DNA of 64,000 nt from Candidatus Moraniibacteriota bacterium (lineage in GTDB: Bacteria; Patescibacteriota; Minisyncoccia; Moranbacterales; UBA1568): assembly GCA_016699875.1 (NCBI GenBank), contig CP064989.1:520788-584787 (forward strand), read 5' to 3'. Positions within the stretch are counted from its first letter, which is position 1; every line of letters starts with the position of its first letter. The notes under the pieces are model-generated. The model saw nothing but the letters and a program-made list of their open reading frames with translations. It was not told where the DNA came from and made no database searches. This document shows, piece by piece, positions 28,924 to 37,210 of this stretch. Position numbers and translations under genes: made by a program.

Positions 28924-29382
28924 TTATTCTTTTCCCGAACCAGCGCCGTCTGCCACAGAAGCAGGCGCTTCCGGCACTGCCGCTGCATTACTGCCACCGG
29001 AAAAATCGCCACCGACATCACTCGCATCGCCCTCCGATGAAATCCCGTTTGCCGGCAAAAAATCCGTCGTTTCGGGAGTTGATGGCTTCAGAGATTCACT
29101 CGGGAGCTGTTCCGCAGTCTCCTGAAGCGATTTTCCGGTCTTAAGGAGGTCTTCCAGAGAAACCGGCGCTGATTCCTGAATATTTTGAGCACTTTCCCGG
29201 AGAGTACCGACAGCATCGCCAACATCATTGTTGAGCAGCGTACCGAAAGATGCTTTCAAGGAAAACGCCCAGAGAGCCGCCACAAACACAAAAGAGATGC
29301 CAACCGAAAAAAACAAATACCGCACACGAACCGCTTCCGGTTTCTGCCGCATACGTTCAAATGCCGAAGCGAGAGATCCCAT
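28924..29382 (-). CDS. Hypothetical membrane-anchored protein
   Basis: Start at MGSLAS (ATG 29380-29382); one TM helix (FFSVGISFVFVAALWAF) then acidic Ser/Glu-rich ectodomain. Confidence 0.5.
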   Translation of the reverse strand: MGSLASAFERMRQKPEAVRVRYLFFSVGISFVFVAALWAFSLKASFGTLLNNDVGDAVGTLRESAQNIQESAPVSLEDLLKTGKSLQETAEQLPSESLKPSTPETTDFLPANGISSEGDASDVGGDFSGGSNAAAVPEAPASVADGAGSGKE

Positions 29383-29465
29383 ACAATTTGTATATTTGCG
29401 AAAATACGACCCCTTCCCAACAAACACCGAAGAAAAGCTCTCAAAACTATCTCCTCAAACACCAG

Positions 29466-30116
29466 CTACGCCCGCTCAAAGAGCACTACTTCCATATTCT
29501 TCCCATCGAGATCTTTTTTCTTGAATGTCAGTTTGGAAACCGTCGACTCCGGACAATTTCCAATCTCCTTGCAAAACACCTGTTCATCTTCACTCTCTGT
29601 CTCAAACCCCGGGAAACGGTAGTGCATCGGCACCACGATCGCCGGCTCGATTTTTCGCACCAATTCATCGACATGCTTCACGATCAGCGTATCCTTATTC
29701 CCCACCGGGACAAACAAGACGTCGACATGCCCTATCTTTTCCACAATGCCAAGCGGCAGCTCATGCCCCAAGGCGCCCATATGGCAGAGAGTGACATCCT
29801 CGCTCTGCAAGACAAATATCGTATTCTTCCCGCGCAGCGCACCGGAGTCCTCATCGCGAAACGAAGGAAATCCAAGTACGGATATTCCTCGAACATCGTA
29901 CTCGCCCGGACAGTCAAGAAGCAGTGCTTCATCCGATATATCGCGATCTTTTTCACTCACGTGCGTCTTGATCGTCACATCCGCTTGACCCTGCGGCGCA
30001 CGAAGACCCGAGTCTTTTTCACACGGATCGATCACCACTACCACATCGTCCGTTGCGCGACCACCGGGCTTTGTTGTTATTTTAAAGCAAAAATCTCCGT
30101 AGTACTGAATATTCAT
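29466..30116 (-). CDS. MBL-fold metallo-hydrolase
   Basis: MNIQYYGDFCFKI start typical of UlaG/YtkL-like beta-lactamase-fold hydrolases; His/Asp metal motifs (HMGALGH..., DVLFVPVG). Confidence 0.75.
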   Translation of the reverse strand: MNIQYYGDFCFKITTKPGGRATDDVVVVIDPCEKDSGLRAPQGQADVTIKTHVSEKDRDISDEALLLDCPGEYDVRGISVLGFPSFRDEDSGALRGKNTIFVLQSEDVTLCHMGALGHELPLGIVEKIGHVDVLFVPVGNKDTLIVKHVDELVRKIEPAIVVPMHYRFPGFETESEDEQVFCKEIGNCPESTVSKLTFKKKDLDGKNMEVVLFERA

Positions 30117-30319
30117 AGAAAGTTGCCACAAGAAACCTCTGAGAGAAAAATTTCTCAGCGCTCTCCCAGAGTATCACGAGATTTTCTCCTTGTCGAGACG
30201 GATTTTTCCATATCTCCTCGACACTGTTGACGAAATGGGAAATATCTTTTAGAGTGGCTAGTACGGATACGAAGCCCCTTACTCGGGTGGTTTTTCTTTC
30301 TTGGCATAACGCTACCGAT

Positions 30320-30784
30320 ATGGACCAGAAACTCATCGCATTCAATCTCTCCCAGCGACGAACCGACCTCCCTCCCGTTCGAACCGGCGATGTCGTCCGC
30401 ATCACCCGCAAAATCAAAGAAGGCGGCAAGGAGCGTCTCCAGGTCTTCGAAGGCATGATTATTGCCAAAAAAGGCGGCCAGAGCGCCTCGCCGACCATCA
30501 CGGTCCGCAAAATCTCTTTTGGTGTCGGCGTGGAAATCATTTTCCCGCTCAATTCCCCGCAAGTGCAAAAAATCGACTTCGTAAAGCGCACCAAAGCCGG
30601 CCGTTCAAAGATCTATTACGTCCGCGACAAATCCGCAAAGGTCTTGAGCCGAAAGCTCAAAGAAATTCCCGCGAAAGATATGCTTCCTGAGCAATCCTCA
30701 AAGAAAACTCCTGCCAAACCGGAGCCCGCCCAAGAGGAATCCGCGGCAACTGCCAGAGAATCGGCTCCCGCAGCGAAAGAATAG
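30320..30784 (+). CDS. rplS: 50S ribosomal protein L19 with acidic C-terminal extension
   Basis: MDQKLIAFNLSQRRTDLPPVRTGDVVRI...GGKERLQVFEGMIIAKKGG: canonical L19. Confidence 0.9.
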   Translation: MDQKLIAFNLSQRRTDLPPVRTGDVVRITRKIKEGGKERLQVFEGMIIAKKGGQSASPTITVRKISFGVGVEIIFPLNSPQVQKIDFVKRTKAGRSKIYYVRDKSAKVLSRKLKEIPAKDMLPEQSSKKTPAKPEPAQEESAATARESAPAAKE

Positions 30785-30851
30785 AAAATCAATGACCGGC
30801 AAGAATCTCTCCCTCAACAACAAGAAACGTTCGAGATAATCAAAAGAAAAC

Positions 30852-30936
30852 GGGGATATGGTGGAATTGGTATACACACACGTTTGAGGGGCGTGGCCCT
30901 TGTGGCATGAGGGTTCGAGTCCCTCTATCCCCACCA
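30852..30936 (+). tRNA. tRNA-Leu (anticodon GAG)
   Basis: Acceptor GGGGATA/TATCCCC, anticodon loop ttGAGgg, long variable arm, encoded CCA. Confidence 0.8.
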
Positions 30937-31001
30937 GAAGAGAAAAAGCCTGGGAGAAACCCTTGGCTTTTTCTTTATTTCTGCTATTCTTTGTTGCAGA
31001 A

Positions 31002-31078
31002 CGGACGATTAGCTCAGTTGGTTAGAGCGCCTCGTTTACACCGAGGAGGCCGCTGGTTCGAGTCCAGCATCGTCCACC
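31002..31078 (+). tRNA. tRNA-Val (anticodon TAC)
   Basis: Acceptor GGACGAT/ATCGTCC, anticodon loop ttTACac, T-loop TTCGAGT, encoded CCA. Confidence 0.88.
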
Positions 31079-31239
31079 AAGCTATTTGATTGATAGGCAC
31101 TTCTCTGATACAGTGTGAGAGCCAATGAACGCAATAGCGTGCGTTTTTGAGTTTTATATGCCGAGGTAGCTCTCCGCCAGCTGGCGAAGGGAGAGCAAGA
31201 GAATTTTGCAGATCATTGATCCAAGATTAAATCAAACAT

Positions 31240-31314
31240 GCCGAGGTAGCTCAGTGGTAGAGCAGAAGACTGAAAATCTTCGTGTCGGGAGTTCGATTCT
31301 CCCCCTCGGCACCA
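31240..31314 (+). tRNA. tRNA-Phe (anticodon GAA)
   Basis: Acceptor GCCGAGG/CCTCGGC, anticodon loop ctGAAaa, T-loop TTCGATT, encoded CCA. Confidence 0.88.
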
Positions 31315-31351
31315 TTTTTCTCAAGTATACGGAACACTTCCCTGAAAAACT

Positions 31352-32074
31352 ATGAGAGGAAACTTCGATATATCAAGTGTCCCAAAAGACGGATATCTCA
31401 TATTCCCCCTTTCCATGAGCCGTCTTGCAAACGCCCAATCAGGACAAGGGCTGTATGATTTTTTGGTCTACTTCGAAAGCAAAATTAAATACATCTCTAT
31501 AGATTGCATCCTTCTTTATACAAACGACCTATACCTCAACAGCAACGAGCAGGCAGTCGCTGTTCGTAGACGTTCTTTACATCAGATGCTCGGACATAAA
31601 GGTGAGTTCAAAAACATCCTTCTCAAAGAACGACGATATGTACCACAAGCATTTCACTTTCTACCATGGGATTATGGAACCCTCAACGCCGAAGGCTTTA
31701 CCGAAGCAAAAAATTTACTTCTTCATATTGCCAAAAACAATGACGATTTCCAAAAATGCCTCCTGAATGACCTTCGAAATCAAGGGCGAGAGGAGTCCGA
31801 TATAAACATTGGTTTTCTAATAGAAGAAATCGCTGTCACTTGTATGCTCACTAGAGGTGACATACCCCTCCCACATATTCTCGCCACCGAAAACGGCTGG
31901 CGACTCATTTGCTACCCTGGCAATCCAATAAGTTCCCTAGTTTACACGTACAAGAACAATTTGTTGCAAGATAAAACCAAACCATCAAAAGATAGCCACT
32001 TATTTTCTCGATCGTTTTACAATATGGAGAAGAAGATTTTGATCGACTTTGATACCGCTGAAATTTCACAGTAA
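31352..32074 (+). CDS. Hypothetical protein (AT-rich, tRNA-flanked accessory gene)
   Basis: 240-aa ORF between tRNA-Phe and tRNA-Met; low GC, no SD recognised, no known domain. Confidence 0.45.
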   Translation: MRGNFDISSVPKDGYLIFPLSMSRLANAQSGQGLYDFLVYFESKIKYISIDCILLYTNDLYLNSNEQAVAVRRRSLHQMLGHKGEFKNILLKERRYVPQAFHFLPWDYGTLNAEGFTEAKNLLLHIAKNNDDFQKCLLNDLRNQGREESDINIGFLIEEIAVTCMLTRGDIPLPHILATENGWRLICYPGNPISSLVYTYKNNLLQDKTKPSKDSHLFSRSFYNMEKKILIDFDTAEISQ

Positions 32075-32130
32075 GCTAATTCACTAAGCAAATCTCATCA
32101 GGGTAGACTTAATAAGTCCACACCACCCAA

Positions 32131-32202
32131 GGGACCGTAGCTCAGCGGTAGAGCAGGGGACTCATAATCTCTTGGTCGCTGGTTCGAATCCAGCCGGTCC
32201 CA
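32131..32202 (+). tRNA. tRNA-Met/Ile2 (anticodon CAT), elongator type
   Basis: Fully paired 1:72 G-C acceptor (not initiator), anticodon loop ctCATaa, T-loop TTCGAAT. Confidence 0.75.
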
Positions 32203-32313
32203 CAGAGGATTGCAAAGAGGCACTTTTTTCGCTAGTATTCCTCCTAGAACATCATGCTGCGCCGGGAAGTTAGCGCATGAGACGGGTTTGCCCGCCGGAG
32301 CAGCAGAACACAA

Positions 32314-32385
32314 GCGGGTATCGTATAGCGGCTATTATGTAACCTTGCCAAGGTTAAGATACGGGTTCGACTCCCGTTACCCGCT
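32314..32385 (+). tRNA. tRNA-Gly (anticodon GCC)
   Basis: Acceptor GCGGGTA/TACCCGC, anticodon stem taacc/ggtta with loop ttGCCaa, T-loop TTCGACT. Confidence 0.78.
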
Positions 32386-32390
32386 CAGGT

Positions 32391-32433
32391 AATTAAAATC
32401 ACCTCAATTGAGGTGATTTTAAGTTTTTCGATT
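32391..32433 (+). terminator. Intrinsic terminator after tRNA-Gly (also the first copy of the att-like duplicated sequence)
   Basis: aatcacctc-aatt-gaggtgatt perfect hairpin followed by ttaagttttt. Confidence 0.65.
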
Positions 32434-32445
32434 ATACTTGTTCTT

Positions 32446-32970
32446 ATGGGTACACCTCAAAAGCCAGGTAAGCAAACTTGGATATCTGAGAAAATCGAAA
32501 TTCAAAACTCTCCTATTGGCGGCAGAGGTATGTTTGCAGTCGAGAAAATCAACAAAAATGAATCGGTACTGGTATGGGGTGGGGAGTATGTGAAGAGTGA
32601 ACAAGCACAAAAAGCAAAAAATAAAGAGAAGCTCGTCATGCAGTGGGATGACGAGCTCTACAGTATCGAAGACCGAGGTGATGACCAGGGATATTTCCTT
32701 AATCATTCTTGTGATCCGAATGTCTGGATGAGTGATGCTTATACGCTTATTGCCAGACGTGACATCAGAGTTGGAGAAGAGGTAACGGCCGACTATGTCC
32801 TGTGGGAAGCTGATGAAAATAAAGTATCAAAATGGGAGTGTTACTGTGGCGCTACAGGGTGCCGTAAGCGGGTAACAGGAAAAGATTGGCAGATACCAGA
32901 ACTTCAGGCAAAATATCGTGGACATTTTTCACCACTGCTTAATAAGCGGATTTCTGCAATGCATTTCTAA
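32446..32970 (+). CDS. SET-domain protein (putative protein-lysine methyltransferase)
   Basis: GRGMFA N-SET start, NHSCDPN pseudoknot motif, DY catalytic Tyr region, post-SET Cys cluster CYCGATGCRKR. Confidence 0.8.
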   Translation: MGTPQKPGKQTWISEKIEIQNSPIGGRGMFAVEKINKNESVLVWGGEYVKSEQAQKAKNKEKLVMQWDDELYSIEDRGDDQGYFLNHSCDPNVWMSDAYTLIARRDIRVGEEVTADYVLWEADENKVSKWECYCGATGCRKRVTGKDWQIPELQAKYRGHFSPLLNKRISAMHF

Positions 32971-32986
32971 CCGCGTGTGCCAGCCA

Positions 32987-33033
32987 GCTCAGGTTAATTA
33001 ATTTAAAATAAGCCTCAAAGGGCTGATTTTAAA
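32987..33033. repeat. Diverged duplicate of the tRNA-Gly 3' flank/terminator (gctcaggttaattaa...gcctcaaagggctgatttta), att-like
   Basis: ~70% identical over 45 nt to 32383-32423; brackets the SET gene as a direct repeat. Confidence 0.6.
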
Positions 33034-33081
33034 TTACAGTGAAATGGGTTTATTACTAACAAACACATTAAACGTACTATA

Positions 33082-33504
33082 ATGGCTTTTTACAATAAGA
33101 TAGGACTGCTCGTCCTCAATAAAGAAAGAACTAAATTTCTGGTTTGCGAAAAAGACAAGAATAACGTAACAAACGACTATATAATGCCCGGTGGACAGTT
33201 TTTTGAAGATTCCATCGAGGAGTGCTTAAAAAATGAAATCAAAGAGGAGTTAGACTGCGAAATTAACTTCAATACCTTGCAGTTTATTGGTGAGTACATC
33301 GATATTGCGGCAGGAGTTCCTACCAAAGAGGTCTCCATACAACTCTACCAGGGTGACTTAATAGGCGATCCAACCCCCTCTTCCGAAATTAAATTTGTAC
33401 ATTGGGTTGGAAAAAATGACGCAAGCAACACACGACTATCTCCAATTGTTAAGAACAAGATAATCCCAGATCTACTGAAAAGATCAATATTAAAGCCAGA
33501 GTAA
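33082..33504 (+). CDS. NUDIX hydrolase
   Basis: Nudix box GGQFFEDSIEECLKNEIKEELD (GX5EX7REUXEEXGU pattern). Confidence 0.8.
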   Translation: MAFYNKIGLLVLNKERTKFLVCEKDKNNVTNDYIMPGGQFFEDSIEECLKNEIKEELDCEINFNTLQFIGEYIDIAAGVPTKEVSIQLYQGDLIGDPTPSSEIKFVHWVGKNDASNTRLSPIVKNKIIPDLLKRSILKPE

Positions 33505-33542
33505 ACCCCTTCTCTGCTAGGGGCTTCATTTTTTCTTACACG

Positions 33543-33797
33543 CAAATCAATGCAAGGATTTGTACATATACACTGTCTGCACAACGACCAATAGCGAAAG
33601 GTGAAGAAATAACTGCCGATTATTCCCTTTGGGAGGCAAATGAAGACAAAATATCCGCATGGGAGTGCCACTGTCAATCAAAAAACTGTCGCAAGAGAAT
33701 AACCGGAAAGGACTGGTATATTCCCAAGCTGCAAACAGAATACCGGAACCATTTCTCTCCGCTTCTCAACAGCAGAATTGCGCATCAAAGCATATGA
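33543..33797 (+). pseudogene. 3'-terminal remnant of a second SET-domain gene (no start codon, degraded NHSC motif)
   Basis: Frame reads ...INARICTYTLSAQRPIAKGEEITADYSLWEANEDKISAWECHCQSKNCRKRITGKDWYIPKLQTEYRNHFSPLLNSRIAHQSI*, colinear with C-terminus of the 32446-32970 protein. Confidence 0.6.
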
Positions 33798-34825
33798 ACA
33801 ACAAAAATATATTCTTAGCGCCCGGAGCCGGTCAATACGTAAAGAATTATGAGATCGGCGATGGCGCTGATATTTGGCTTGGACAAGAAACCATTCCAAT
33901 AGACAATCCGCATTGCTTTATTGGACACAGCTTGGGAGTAAATTTCCTCTTGAGCAAGAAAATCAATACCGCTTGCACGCTCATCTGCGTCAATCCTCTT
34001 GTAAAGAAGCGCGCGCTTTTCTCGCTCTTCATTCGTTGGATAAAATTCCTTCTCTTTGAAGGTATACCCAAAGAAAAACTCGTGCCTCTCGCCTATTGGC
34101 CAAGCAATATCAAGAAGGCTTTGCAATTACTCAAAATAGACACGCTCCACGAACTCCAGAGGTTTCCGAAAGAAAATATCAGCATTATCAGAGGAACGGA
34201 AGACAAATACTTTTGCACCACAGATGACGTAGCTGTATTGAAGAATCACGGATTTACCGTATTCGAGGTGCCCGCCGGGCATGATTGGAATGAAAACATC
34301 AAGAACACTGTTGCCAGCATTCTCCAAGAACGTGCAATTCACAACGAAAGCACCCCTTCTTCATCCATCCCTTCATCCCAAAGAAGCTGTGATACAATAA
34401 AAGAAAGTAAACGTCTCATGCTTATGAACGACCCGGCACCTGAACTCTCCGCAGAACAGCGAAAAGTCTGCCTGATAGACGATGAGGCGGATGTTCGCGA
34501 AATGTATACCATTGCCCTCACTGCAGAGGGTTTTGATGTGATTTCCGCAGACAATGGCGATACCGGACTCGCACTTATCCGAGCCGAGCACCCCGATATC
34601 ATCCTCCTTGATCTGCAAATGCCCGTCTCCGACGGATTCGATGTACTCACATCACTGTCCACTAACAAAGATATTGCCAAAATTCCCGTTATTATCCTCA
34701 GCAACACCGACAACGAAGAAGCCTTCAAAAAGGTCGGGACATTCAATACACGGTTTTTTCTCGTAAAAGCCCTCACAACCCCAAAGAAAGTCGCCGGCAT
34801 CGTACGAGAAGTCTTCATGGAATAG
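33794..34825 (+). CDS. Alpha/beta-hydrolase-like (GHSLG) domain fused to a C-terminal response-regulator receiver (REC) domain
   Basis: N-terminal ~200 aa with nucleophile-elbow GHSLG; C-terminal KVCLIDDEADVREMYT...DIILLDLQMPVSDGFDVL...IPVIILSN = CheY-like receiver with phospho-acceptor Asp; start at MNNKNIF because upstream part of six-frame ORF is the SET remnant in another frame. Confidence 0.7.
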   Translation: MNNKNIFLAPGAGQYVKNYEIGDGADIWLGQETIPIDNPHCFIGHSLGVNFLLSKKINTACTLICVNPLVKKRALFSLFIRWIKFLLFEGIPKEKLVPLAYWPSNIKKALQLLKIDTLHELQRFPKENISIIRGTEDKYFCTTDDVAVLKNHGFTVFEVPAGHDWNENIKNTVASILQERAIHNESTPSSSIPSSQRSCDTIKESKRLMLMNDPAPELSAEQRKVCLIDDEADVREMYTIALTAEGFDVISADNGDTGLALIRAEHPDIILLDLQMPVSDGFDVLTSLSTNKDIAKIPVIILSNTDNEEAFKKVGTFNTRFFLVKALTTPKKVAGIVREVFME

Positions 34826-35105
34826 CATTCAGGCACTCCCGTCGAGATATTCCTTCCTCAATCCCCACGATAGTGGGGATTTTCCGTTGAAAGAAACCGG
34901 CAAATACAGTATGAAGATACAAGAAATTGCTCAAAATAGAGAAAAATATCAAGCGTCAAACATGCCAACGACTATTGACTATATTCTATAAATATGCTAG
35001 TATAGGCAGTCGGGTCCGTTACGGACAAGACACCGGATACAGGGCTAAATTAAGGGAAAAGTTCTTCGAAAACACGGTATCCGGACTAACCAGTAAAGGA
35101 ACTCT

Positions 35106-35630
35106 ATGCGGTATTTTGGTACCCTTGTCTTCCTTGCGATTCTCTCATTCGGCATAACGAATGGGGCGCAAGCGGCAATCGATACCGATACCAATACGAA
35201 AACAACTCCTGAAACCGAAACCATTACCTGGAGCACCATTCTCGAGCAGTCGATTGAAGAGGATATCGAATCAGTCGACCCCCGAGATCATTCGCTCACT
35301 TCCTGGAAAACCAAACAGGCACACCTGTGGGACGCCTTGCCGGACGGAAAATTCATCATCAATGCCTCTGCCTATACGGCTGCGGCCGATGAATGCGGAA
35401 AGTCCGACGGCATCACCGCATCCGGCGTGAAAGTGCAGGAACACCGCACGCTCGCCTGTCCGCCCGCCTACCCCTTTGGTGCCAAAATCGCTATCGAAGG
35501 CTACGGCGTGTACACCTGCGAAGACCGTGGCGGCGCTATCAAAAACAATCACTTCGACATTTACATGGAAACCAAAACACAGGCATTCGCCTTCGGCCGG
35601 AAGAATCTGACCGCCGAAGTGGTCCGATAA
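35106..35630 (+). CDS. Secreted 3D-domain protein (YuiC/MltA-like cell-wall binding)
   Basis: Signal peptide; C-terminal ASAYTAAADECGKSDGITASG...ACPPAYPFGAKI...DRGGAI..HFDIYM = 3D domain. Confidence 0.75.
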   Translation: MRYFGTLVFLAILSFGITNGAQAAIDTDTNTKTTPETETITWSTILEQSIEEDIESVDPRDHSLTSWKTKQAHLWDALPDGKFIINASAYTAAADECGKSDGITASGVKVQEHRTLACPPAYPFGAKIAIEGYGVYTCEDRGGAIKNNHFDIYMETKTQAFAFGRKNLTAEVVR

Positions 35631-35722
35631 ATATCTCGGACGCAAAAACACTCCTTTTCGGGGGTGTTTTTGTTATTTTCTCGTTGACGCTTCACCGCGT
35701 ATTTGATAGGCTTTGGACACAT

Positions 35723-35796
35723 GGTCGGATGCCCGAGTGGTTAGGGAGAGGTCTGCAAAACCTTGTACAGGAGTTCGATTCTCCTTCCGACCTCCA
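35723..35796 (+). tRNA. tRNA-Cys (anticodon GCA)
   Basis: Acceptor GGTCGGA/TCCGACC, anticodon loop ctGCAaa, discriminator U73, encoded CCA. Confidence 0.85.
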
Positions 35797-35806
35797 AAAG
35801 GATACC

Positions 35807-35890
35807 GGGCGAGTGGCGGAATCGGTAGACGCAGTGGACTTAAAATCCGCGATCCGAAAGGATGTGAGGGTTCGAGTCCCTCCTTGCCCA
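35807..35890 (+). tRNA. tRNA-Leu (anticodon TAA)
   Basis: Acceptor GGGCGAG/CTTGCCC, anticodon loop ctTAAaa, long variable arm, T-loop TTCGAGT. Confidence 0.82.
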
Positions 35891-35999
35891 CAGAAATTTA
35901 AAGGGCTGAATAGTACCAAGCATTGACAGGACTTGTAGTCAATGCTTGAATTCACCTCGGAATGATGCACCTTGACAATTTGTTTTGGAGGACTAACAA

Positions 36000-36479
36000 A
36001 TGTCTACTTTAAACCTGAAGAAAAATGTTCAAATCGTCCACTGGTCGAAAGATCTTTTGTGTGCGAAAATTCCCAATTTGGCATTGGAGACACCAGTACA
36101 TAGGCAGACTCAAATAGCAATTGAAACAACCTATAGCTATCAAGCTTGTCTATATATCTCTAGTCAACTTACTGAAGCGTTGCTGTGTTTTGTGTTGCAT
36201 TTTGGTAAACACTGGGATGAGTTGGAACGACACGGAACAAATCTTCGCGAACACTTTCGACGTCAAGGTTTCTCTTGTATAGAGGGAGAGCCTCATCGAG
36301 GTCAGATGTCGATCAAAAATTACAACATAACACTCACTAACTGCTATCCGGATTGCATACATGATGCATATTGCATCCGGGAAATGAATCAGCTTAAGCT
36401 GTTCAAGTCGGAGATTTGTCAATCCCTTGGTGGCACTCATATCTCTTTCCGTGATATTAAACGTATAAGAGGGTACTAG
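36000..36479 (+). CDS. Hypothetical protein (AT-rich, downstream of tRNA pair)
   Basis: GGAGGA SD 9 nt upstream; 159 aa; Cys/His-rich, no recognised domain. Confidence 0.5.
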   Translation: MSTLNLKKNVQIVHWSKDLLCAKIPNLALETPVHRQTQIAIETTYSYQACLYISSQLTEALLCFVLHFGKHWDELERHGTNLREHFRRQGFSCIEGEPHRGQMSIKNYNITLTNCYPDCIHDAYCIREMNQLKLFKSEICQSLGGTHISFRDIKRIRGY

Positions 36480-36690
36480 TGTAGCAGCAAGAGAAAAAAT
36501 GCTCTGAGACAGGTCCTGGGAAAATCAATCCTACATAGCTTCATTGTACGTTACAAGCCTTGCGAATTGCGAGGCTTTTTAAGTTATCCATCTACTCTTT
36601 AAGGTAAGGCAAACCTCACCAGCAAAACTATTTCCCTTCTGTATCATTTTACCTAGTAGTATAATGTTGAGCATGGTCTTGGAGGCTATT

Positions 36691-37206
36691 TCAAAGGGGT
36701 GCTGTGAAAGTTCGAATATATTCCACCGTTTCCTCCAACTCACTTCTCTCAGATATAGCCTCTTCTCGGATACAATCAAGGAAATTCTTTTCTTTGTACC
36801 AAGATTTCATTTCCTCCTCGCCAAATTCATGGCAGTTTGGTTTTGTTTTATGGCGTTTCAATGTTTCTTCAAACGAAATATCAAAATAAAAGAAGAAATT
36901 TTGCACAGGGTGTTCGGCAAGAATTGATTGAAACATTTCCTGATAACGGTCCCGATTAAATATCCCTTCCATGATAACGTTATATCCTTCTTGCAAAAGG
37001 AGAATCGTTACTATTTTGATGAGTTCCGCATTATATCCGCCCTGTAGATCTCTTTCTTTAAGGATAGTGCGTCGAAAATAGTCTTGCTCTACATACGCCA
37101 TCTTTCTTCCTTGTGCTAACTCGCGATCCTGTATTGTCTTGGCAATCGTACTTTTCCCTGCGCCGGATGGTCCGCGAAGAACGATAAGTGTTGTAGCATT
37201 TTTCAT
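36691..37206 (-). CDS. P-loop NTPase/kinase (AAA_33 / zeta-toxin-like fold)
   Basis: Walker A LRGPSGAGKSTIAK; ~170 aa small kinase architecture. Confidence 0.7.
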   Translation of the reverse strand: MKNATTLIVLRGPSGAGKSTIAKTIQDRELAQGRKMAYVEQDYFRRTILKERDLQGGYNAELIKIVTILLLQEGYNVIMEGIFNRDRYQEMFQSILAEHPVQNFFFYFDISFEETLKRHKTKPNCHEFGEEEMKSWYKEKNFLDCIREEAISERSELEETVEYIRTFTAPL

Positions 37207-37210
37207 ACCA

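Noticed and set aside
29250-30230. 326-aa plus-strand ORF opposite the MBL-fold hydrolase gene
   Set aside because: Arg/His-rich antisense artefact; minus-strand protein has a recognisable beta-lactamase-fold N-terminus
32098-32313. 71-aa minus-strand ORF
   Set aside because: Overlaps tRNA-Met(CAT) on the opposite strand
35673-35970. Minus-strand ORFs of 72 and 92 aa
   Set aside because: Overlap tRNA-Cys and tRNA-Leu(TAA); translate tRNA sequence (PLARYPFGGRKENRTPV)
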